From positions 20,274,001 through 20,338,000 of the forward strand of contig NC_086386.1 of NCBI RefSeq assembly GCF_036588685.1: a DNA stretch of 64,000 nucleotides, given 5' to 3'. The DNA comes from Mytilus trossulus. Its lineage: Eukaryota. Shown piece by piece: positions 54,491-64,000 of this stretch; the first letter of the stretch is position 1, and each line of letters opens with the position of its first letter. The position numbers were made by a program, and so were the translations under genes. The notes under the pieces were generated by a model. It was not told where the DNA came from. It saw only the letters and a list, made by a program, of their open reading frames with translations, and did not search any database.

Positions 54491-56375
54491 TGTAGACGAA
54501 ACGCACGTCTCGAGTACTAAATGATAATCCTGGTGCTTTGATAACTTTTCAACTGGAAAATGTCGTCGTAGTAAAACCTGTAAATGATCTTTAGATAAAA
54601 CAAATTAAGTCAAGGCCCAGTGTTTGGTGCCGTAATTTGACCTATTATGGTTGAGTTTAATATATTATGACTTTGATAGAGAGTTGTCTTAGTGGCATTC
54701 ATATCTCATTTTCTTATATCTATTAAAATAATTCAAATTGATACGATAGTCCCTAGCTTGCATTGCCTATCATGATTTTCTTGATAGAGAATTGTTGCTC
54801 ACAAGGATGGTATTAAACCAAGAGATCCAAATGGTTAAGTTGAAACCATCCCTCCGTAAATTTTTCGCACGACATCACGAGTAGGTTGACCGTTATGAAA
54901 TAACCGTTTCACAAATGATATCAGATATGTTCCTTACGTCATAACTACAATCCTCTTCCCTTTCATGAATGTGACCTACCGAATTTGAGTATTTACCGGA
55001 TTTGTTATTACATAAGCACACGACGAGTGCCACATGTGGAACAGGATCTGCTACCTTTCCGGAGCATCTGAGATTATCCCTAGTTTTTCGTGGGATCGTG
55101 TTACTCATTCTTTATTTTTATATGTTGTCACTGTTGTGTCATGTTTACTATTGTTTGTATGTTTGTCCTTTTCATTTTTCCAATGGCGTTGTCGGTTTAT
55201 TTTCGATCTATGAGTTTGACTGTCCCTGTTGTATCTTTCGTTTCTCTTTTATGTAGACGAAACGCGCGTCTCGAGTACTAAATGATAATCCTGGTGCTTT
55301 GATAACTTTTCAACTGGAAAATGTCGTCGTAGTAAAACCTGTAAATGATCTTTCGATAAAACAAATTTAGTCAAGGCCCAGTGTTTGGTGCCGTAATTTG
55401 ACCTATCATGGTTGAGTTTAATATATTATGACTTTGATAGAGAGTTGTCTTAGTGGCATTTATATCTCATTTTCTTATATCTATTAAAATATTTCAAATT
55501 GATACGATAGTCCCTAGCTTGCATTGCCTATCATGATTTTCTTGATAGAGGGTTGTTGCTCACAAGGATGGTATTAAACCAAGAGTAGGCTAATGCCGCT
55601 ACAAGGCAGCACTCGCCACCCGCAAAGTGGAGAGGGATTAATATAAGTTGCAAAACTTGTTTCCCAATCCACTCTAAATAAATTGTGTAAACTATTAAAC
55701 CAAGAAATCCAAAATGGTTAAGTTGAAACCATCCCTCCGTAAATTTTTCGCACGACATCACGAGTAGGTTGACCGTTATGAAATAACCGTTTCACAAATG
55801 ATATCAGATATGTTCCGTACGTCATAACTACAATCCTCTTCCCTTTCATGAATGTGACCTACCGAATTAGATTATTTACCGGATTTGTTATTACATAAGC
55901 ACACGACGAGTGCCACATGTGGAACAGGATCTGCTTACCCATCCTGAGCATCTGAGATTACCCCTGATTTTTGTCGGGGATCGTGTTGATCATTCTTTAT
56001 TTTTATATGTTGTCACTGTTGTGTCATGTTTACTTTTGTTTGTATATTTATCCTTTTCATTTTTCCCATGGTGTTGTTGGTTTATTTTCTATCTATGAGT
56101 TTGACTGTCCCTGTGGTATATTTCGTTTCTCTTTTATGTAGACGAAACGCACGTCTCGAGTACTAAATGATAATCCTGGTGCTTTGATAACTTTTCAACT
56201 GGAAAATGTCGTCGTAGTAAAACCTGTAAATGATCTTTAGATAAAACAAATTTAGTCAAGGCCCAGTGTTTGGTGCCGTAATTTGACCTATTATGGTTGA
56301 GTTTAATATATTATGACTTTGATAGAGAGTTGTCTCATTGGCATTCATGTCTCATTTTCTTATATCCATGAAAAT
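53990..56375 (+). repeat. Tandem triplication (~765-bp unit) of PLE-B 3' end + hammerhead 3' half + flank
   Basis: Unit starts gcttgcatt at 53990, 54756 and 55517. Confidence 0.92.
55585..55692 (-). mobile_element. ~108-nt two-hairpin retroposed insert with 13-bp TSD
   Basis: tattaaaccaaga on both sides; homologous to 8205-8310 (+). Confidence 0.8.
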
Positions 56376-56523
56376 ATTTCATAGAATTATTCAATGTGTA
56401 TTAGTTAATCTCTCGAAATGTTAGTGCAGCTAACAATATATAAAGTATTTGTGGGGTTGCTCAAAAGTGCTTAAACAATCAAATGATCGGTCCGTTAGTC
56501 AGCTTTCGCTGCGAAAATAATTA

Positions 56524-56795
56524 AAACAAGAATGTGTCCCAAGTACACAGATGCCCCACTCGCATTTTCATTTTCTATGTTCAGTTGATCATGAAATTGG
56601 GATAAAAACTTTAATTTGGCATTTAAATTAGAAAGATCATATCATAGGGAACATGTGTACTAGGTTTCAAGTTGATTAGACTTCAACTTCATTAAAAACT
56701 ACCTTGACTAAAAACTTTAACCTAAAGCAGGACGAACGAACAGATAGATGAACAGATGAACAAACGAACGTACTATTGTAGGTGGAGCATAAAAA
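56524..56795 (+). mobile_element. HINE/pearl-like element, single core
   Basis: Same termini as the 57708 copy. Confidence 0.75.
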
Positions 56796-57707
56796 GCAAA
56801 AAAAGAACAAACTTTAATAAAAAAAAAATCCATCAATGCCAAATTAGAGTATGTTCAGACTTTGGCAGCTAATTAATCTCATGGTTCAAGCTCACTACAC
56901 AAAATCCTAAGTGCAATAAAGGATATACACCTTACAGCAAAATTTTGCCATGCTAGGTCATTATCACGAATATGTTATACATTGTATTCAGCCTCATATG
57001 AAATTATAGCATATAACAACAAAAAACAGCAACTCAGGGTATTTATGCTTTAACACCATAATGACTACAAAATATGTGTATCAGTATACAAATCCTCCCT
57101 ATCAGGAGGAGGTTTAATCTCAGGATCAGAAAATCTGTGTGCAAAAACAAATACAGACTTACATTTACCATAGAGAGTATAATATAAATTATAAGTACAT
57201 TAAGTTCTTTCAGATTATTTATCTGAGCATGCAAACTTAGTAAAGAAGTTTAGTCTAAAAGAAATCTATAGTTCTTGTCCATTCGTTTTTTATGTGTTTT
57301 GTCATTTGATTTTGCCATGTGATTAGAAACTTTCTGATTTGATATTTCTCTGAGTTCATTATTTTTGTGATTTTACTTTTTTTCATTACAGAAGAGAACT
57401 TTGTATTGAAATTGTGTGATACTTCTCAAATGAAAAGTGTAAACTTAGCTTTATATGATTAAATAATTTTATCAAAATGAATGTAGAAAATTTAATTTGA
57501 TAATCAAATTGACTTTGAGCAAAACAATGCTATTCAGTGGTTGTAGTTGGTTGGTTTCTGTTCTATTGTTTTTCATTCATTGTTGCGTTAAAAAAAATGA
57601 TATTTTCATTTTACAGGTGAATGAAAAAGGTTTAAGATAGTCTGAGTTTCTGAAATAATATACAAAAAAAAAATACAAAAATACTCCATTTATAGAATTT
57701 TAGTATA

Positions 57708-58243
57708 AAACAAGAATGTGTCCACAGTACACGGATGCCCCACTCGCACTATCATTTTCTATGTTTAGTGGACCGTGAAATTGGAATAAATTCTCTAATT
57801 TGGCATTACAATTAGAATGATCGTCTCAAAGGGAACATGTATACTAAGTTTCAAGTTGATTGGACTTCTACTTAATCAAAAACTACATTGACCAAAAACT
57901 TTAACCTGAAATTTGCACTATCATTTTCTATGTTCAGTGAACCGAACAAATTGGGGTCAAAACTCTAATTAGGCAAAAAATTAAAAAGATCATATCATAG
58001 GGCACATGTATACTAATTTTCAAGTTGATTGGACTTCAACTTCATCAAAAACTACCTTGACCAAAAACTTTAACCTGAAGCGGGACACACGGACGAACAG
58101 ACGGACGGACGAACGAACGGACGGACGAACAGACGAACGGACGCACAGACGTACGGACGCACAGACGAACGGACGCACAGACGAACGGACGCACAGACCA
58201 GAAAACATAATTCCTCTCTACTATCGTAGATGGGGCATAAAAA
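57708..58243 (+). mobile_element. HINE/pearl-like non-autonomous element with internal tandem core, GACG microsatellite and 3' hairpin
   Basis: aaacaagaatgtgtcc...cacggatgcccc start; duplicated core; (ggac)n; ggggcataaaaa end. Confidence 0.8.
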
Positions 58244-59716
58244 ATAGTGCCAAAAAATTATTTACCATGCATTATAAAAAATATACCTTAGCTCCCCCTC
58301 CCCAATTCCACCTATTGAACGTGATTTCAGGAGTCCAACTATATATTAATTGATATATCTTTTTAAACTATTGAATAAATAAAGGGAAACATGTTTCAGC
58401 ATTTAAAAAACGAATAAACTCAAATAAATCGACTCATATTAAATGCTTAAAAAGATAATATTGACTGTTCAAATCTGAACAGATCAAAACATAACTGTAT
58501 GAAAGATATTGGACAGACATTAAAGATTATTGAAGTATTTAACATGTAATACAAATAACATGTCAGTATTACAACTAACCCGTGTGTGACAAATTTTCGC
58601 TACTTATCTGTTTATATATGAACATCTATGATATAAAAGGTTATTACGATGAAAACGGAATCGACGTAATGTTACGTGTAGGTTCGTGGATATTTACTGC
58701 ATATACTACACATTTACATACACATGTATCACATGTTTGCTATAAATACTAAATACATCAGTAAAATGATTGGGTTATATCTAATATTTTAAATTTCAGA
58801 AAACATATAATGTTGCACATATCGATGTCACACAAAGACAATAAAAAGTATAATTTTTGTTAACCGAATTGACAAAGTAGACCAGTATTCAAACGTTTGA
58901 AAACCTAAGATTAAATTTGTAGATTGAATCCCGCATATTACTAAGATTGAATGGTTCAAGCTGTAAATTATGTTCACAAATACGTGTATGCCGCGCATTT
59001 TGTTTTGCCATTAGAATTATGTGTAGAAGGCAGTCCAAATGAATTCATCGTAGATTTTGAGTTCTTACATTTATTAGAAGGAAACAACCTAATAACCAGA
59101 TAATGTACAATAAACAGATTATATTTGAGGTTATGTGAAGTCGGACTCGTGACTCATATATTCTTAATAAATTTAATAATTACTTAGAAAAGAATAAATC
59201 TGTTATTTTTTAGGATGTTATACATAAAATATACGTTTGATTATACTATATAAACGCATGTCGTTTTATTCGACTTATACGGAAAAAGTCGTGAGAAGAG
59301 GAACATGGTGTTCAAAACCATCAATTTGCATCCTCTTTGGTGTCTGTTTCGTCGTTGTCTCTAAAATTAAAAATATATATTTGATTATAACTGTCTTCAC
59401 AAGATCACTTAAGGCCTAGAACATTTGTTTACCTAGCATTAAGTCCAATTTTAGTATAACAAAAATATTCAAACACACATATAATTTCTGAAAAAAAAAA
59501 TATTAAGTAAAACAAAACTTTAAACACAAGAATTGAAAATAACATGCATACAAATTTCATAGTGTATTCGAATAGACAGGCTATATTTCTTATAGAAATT
59601 AATTGAAACTGTATTTGTGCTTTCAGTTATATTATGTAATACCAATCATAAAAAGATAACTCAAACCAGTGCTGCCGAACTAATCATCTGTGCATTTATT
59701 CTTTCGTACCAAATAT

Positions 59717-61084
59717 TAAAATTGAGAATGGAAATGGGGAATGTGCCAAAGAGACAACAACCCGACCAAAATAAAAAAACACAACAGCAGAAGGTCACCA
59801 ACGGGTCTTCAATGTAGCGAGAAATTCCCGCACCCGGAGGCGTCCTTCAGCTGGCCCCTAAACAAATATATACTAGTTCAGTGATAATTAACGCCATACT
59901 AATTTCCAAATTGTACACAAGAAACTAAAATTTAAATAATACAAGACTAACAAAGGCCAGAGGCTCCTGACTTGGGACAGGCGCAAAAATGCGGCGGGGT
60001 TAAACATGTTTGTGAGATCTCAACCCTCCCTCTATACCTCTAACCAGTGCAGAAAAGTAAAAGCATAACAATACGCACATTAAAATTCAGTTCAAGAGAA
60101 GTCCGAGTCTGATGTCAGAAGATGTAACCAAAGAAAATAAACAAAATGACAATAATACATAAATAACAACAGACTACTAGCAGTTAACTGACATGCCAGC
60201 TCCAGACTTCAATTAAGCTAACTGAAAGATTATGATTTCATCATATGAACATCAGGCACAATCCTTCCCGTAAGGGGTTTAGTATCATACCATCATAACA
60301 TATATGAGAAGAACATAACCCGTGTCATGCCAACAACTGTTTTTAGAATAAATGTGTTTAGTTCCGACGCAAAGACCTTATCAGTGACTCAATATTAACG
60401 CCAAAATATGCAATCTTTAATGACTTGACAACAGTATCGTAATTATATCCCTTCTTAATAAGTCTATTCAAAGGTTTTGTAAGTTTATGAGGTGAATACT
60501 GACACCTTTGTGCTTTATAAAGAATATTTCCATAAAAAATTGGATGTGAAATACCTGAACGTATAAAAGTCTGCATGTTGAGCTATATTTACGAATGGTG
60601 TCTTTATACCGATGATAAAATTTAGTAAATGTTTTGACTAGTTTGTAATATCGAAAACCCTGGTGTAATAATTTTTCAGTAATACATAAATTTCTCTCGT
60701 TAAAATCTAAAACATTGTTACATACACGAGCGAATCGTACAAGTTGAGATATATAAACACCGTAAGATGGTGACAAGGGAACGTCACCATCTAAAAACGG
60801 ATAATTAACGATAGGAAATGAAAAATCATCCCTTTTATCATAAATTTTAGTATTCAGCTTTCCGTTAGTGATATAGATATCAAGATCGAGGAAAGGGCAG
60901 TGGTCATTGTTAGTATTAGCTTTATTTAAAGTAAGTTCACCAGGATAAATTTCATTAATATACATACTGAAGTCGTCATTATTGAGAGCCAAAATATCAT
61001 CCAAATATCTAAAAGTATTATTAAATTTGTTTATCAGATGTTGTTTTGATGGGTCTTTGCTTATTTTTGTCATAAATAGTAACT
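59717..61084 (-). mobile_element. 5'-truncated Penelope-like retroelement family A (Naiad-like): RT C-terminal half + 3' UTR
   Basis: FRYLDDI, FLDLDI, KIYDKRDDFSFPIVNYPF, YGVYISQLVRFARVC; one frameshift near 60570; stop 60358; no C-terminal GIY-YIG. Confidence 0.88.
60241..60307 (-). promoter_or_regulatory. SECIS element (form II) in PLE-A 3' UTR
   Basis: Minus strand: UCAUAU..AUGAU-GGUAUGAUACU-AAA-CCCCUUACGGG-A-AGGAUUGUGCC-UGAU..AUAUGA, ~50-115 nt after the RT stop. Confidence 0.8.
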
Positions 61085-62029
61085 TTGACGAGTTTACGCA
61101 TAGATTAATTATCAGTCTTAAAATTGTTTTGAAAAATAAAACATCTATCAATTGAATCGTAGTAATACACAAATGTTTTCTTCGTTGCTGAGTTATATAT
61201 ATGCTCGGATGATCGTTAAGTATGTCAAATTCTATTTTTTAAACAATCTGAATATAAAAAAAAATCAAAATCTATAAGAAACGGTTGGTTAACTTTATAA
61301 ACATTTATATCTTACAGTATATCTCTTAGTTTTAAATGTATCAAAAAGCGTTACTTTTCTACTGTTCCCTTTGGTAATTCGATTTAAATCAATGTTGGTT
61401 GATATTTCGTCTTCGAGAAACAGCAAAATAGTCATTGCTGTTCATTACTGTGCTATAATGAACTACAAAAATGTACAAATATATCATTGCAACGTTTATT
61501 TCCTGTGATAATTATGTTAAAATGTTCCAATAAAGGTGTGGTTCAGAAGTTTGTGTGTACCTGTAGAATACTTTTAAGTTGCGAAGTATCATTCATAAAT
61601 TTTACGGTGATGTTGTTGTAGAGCAAGACAATTTATATGTTATCCATGTAAGCTTATCGATCCTTTATTAAATGACTTATTCTCAAAGAGGATCAATTTG
61701 ACATAATAATTGCGATCCTGAGATTTATGAATATCAAACGTGCGTACATAATAACATATGGATGCTAATGGTTCTGCATCACGTTGATACGTATATTTTG
61801 ACATATATGTTACGTTATCCTATACTAAACAACAATAGGTCAACGGTCTAATGGTATCCATTTATCCATTAGATTGCTTATGATTACTAACTGATGCGAA
61901 TGCGTAGGATAATAATAAATAGATATTTACAAAAGGAAAGTGCCAGAGATAAAAAAAAAAAATCGGTTAAAACTATTTACATAACTACAAGGTTTACTGT
62001 TCTATAATGTAAAAACAAAAGATTGGTAG

Positions 62030-62770
62030 AAAGTAGTACCGTTGGAGGTAGTAAATTCCATTGTGTAATTGTAAACGGAAAAAATGAATATTGGTAACAG
62101 TCTTTAAATGTTAGTAGGTGTCTATAAGTTTGTAGATGAAATTGTAGGGTTCTATTGTCTGTTGGTATGAGTAATTCTGATGGTACAGCGACAATATGGT
62201 GAACAATTGTATAGAACATTATACGTCTAGTTTTAAGTCTGCGTTGTTGTAAGGTAGCAATGACAGGCATACCTAGCAGCCCGACGTAGAACCATCTGAA
62301 GTTTATTGTATTGTACAGCAGTATGAGGGTTCCAAACCAAACAAGCATATTCTAGTTTTGGTCGGACAAGTGCTAGGTACGCCTTAAGCTTTTTAAAGTT
62401 TGTGATGGATGTTCTCTGATTAGGTTTTAGAAGACTAGGCTTTTATTTGCATTATCAATGATGTTGTTTGTATGCTGGGTCTATTTTGAGTCGGGTTGTA
62501 GTGTTATACCAAGATATTTAGCGGGGGAGACAGATTTTATGGTATGGCTGTGAGATGTAGTCGTGTTTGATTGTATTTTTCTCGTTTGTGGCAGTAAGAA
62601 CTGTATATTTGTCAGGATGGAAAGCCGTTAGTCAGTCTTCTTCCCAATTTGCAGCAGCATCAAGATCTTCCGGAAGGCTATCACATTTTTTTTTTGATTT
62701 GATACTTTTGTAAATGATACAGTTGTCTACGAACAGTCTGAGTTTACTGGATTTCAAATATTTAGTTGGT
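62030..62770 (-). pseudogene. Degenerate LINE (CR1/L2-like) RT C-terminal remnant
   Basis: LFVDNCIIYKSI (FADD-like), AFHPDK, LALVRPKLEYA, YSFFPFTITQWNLLP. Confidence 0.75.
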
Positions 62771-64000
62771 CATGGTCATTAATAGAACTGGACCCATAAC
62801 TTAACTCTCAACAATGAGCAAAACCCATTTCGCATAGGCAGCTAACCGTCACTGATAAATGTCCCGAAATGACAAATGTAAAACAATTCAAACGAGAAAA
62901 CTAACGGCATACTATTAATAAATGTTCGGTGGTCACCCTCATCCACGGATCCTCTTTTATTAGCCTGGAATCCTGGCTTGCCAGTACGAGGACAGTACTG
63001 GTTTGAATAGATGCTAGGTCAGGATACTCTTTGAAGAATTGTCATCAGTTAACACATGGTAAACATGGTTAAGTGTTGCCATGGATTTTCACATTGTAGC
63101 CCACTTAAATGGGTGTTATACTAAGCACCTGAAAATGGACCTGAATATATACGACTCAAATTATTCAAGTAGCAAGACCTTTTTTTTTTTTAATTATTCA
63201 ACAAAATTTCATCAAATTAGAATATTATTAAATGTAAATATCCAAATTTCATTGAAAATTATTTTTTTCAAATAAAGAAAACAAAAGTTAGACCTGAACG
63301 GAGAAATGAAAAAAACCTGAACGGGCCTGAAAATCTATGATCGGACTTATTCTTACTTCAATAACTCTTTAATATTCAATGGATATCTTTCAACTTTAGA
63401 TTTTGTGAACCTAAATATTTAGTATAATGATAATATCAAAAAATAAATCATTTGAGAATATCGTTGGGATGTCAAAACTTGGACTTGAACGGAGATTTAA
63501 ACATCTCAAGGAGTCTGAAATTCCGCTGATTTTTTTTCTCAAACGAAAATAAAAACATAGAAGGCCGTACATTGACCTATAATGGTTTACTTTTTTAAAA
63601 TTGTTATTTGGAAGGAGAGTTGTCTCATTGGCACTCACACCACATCTTCCTATATCTATAGACGAAAAATATGTTTTTAAACTTTACCTGTTCGATGTCA
63701 TTTGGTTATTTTTCTCCTTGGGATCACACCAAATCTGTTTTTTTTTTCAATGACGGGAGATACTAATAGGATACTCAAAACTGATGCAAATAAAAAAAAA
63801 GAGACGGGAGAGATCAAAGGATAATAGAAACTTGCATGTCAAAAATTATAAGTCAGAGACAGAATATACCATGATAGACATTAATAATTCGGAAAAAGGT
63901 TGGGTGCCTTTAAACGAGGATGACCCTGCCACAATCTGTATATGTGCCAGTCCCAAGTCCGAGGAACCTGTACTTCAGTGGTTGTATTATGTAGCCCATT

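Noticed and set aside
58006-58353. Arg/Thr-rich ORFs
   Set aside because: Translation of the GACG microsatellite in a HINE-like element.

Overview
AT-rich eukaryotic (metazoan) genomic DNA. The repeat families resemble those of a bivalve mollusc such as Mytilus (inferred from the repeats only). Bases ~285-47254 (+) hold the 3' 36 exons of one very large gene. I joined the exons by hand: all introns are GT-AG and phase-compatible, giving ~2,330 codons with a stop at 47254; the 5' end lies upstream of the window. The protein is built from tandem FN3/Ig-like 'DxTPPxxGxVxDG...WxGFxDxESG...YxVTVxAxNxAGL' modules plus one galactose-binding/CBM-like insert. Four exons have their 3' end plus the splice donor amplified in tandem into the downstream intron: 59 bp x ~92, 91 bp x ~16, 76 bp x ~5.5, and one decayed array. 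Introns and the downstream region contain two families of 5'-truncated Penelope-like retroelements (PLE-A and PLE-B), hammerhead-ribozyme retrozyme copies, MITEs, HINE/pearl-like elements, long palindromes and a LINE remnant. PLE-A carries a canonical SECIS hairpin in its 3' UTR, as in selenoprotein-encoding Naiad PLEs. One insertion of each PLE family sits at the same TTAT in loop II of a retrozyme hammerhead.
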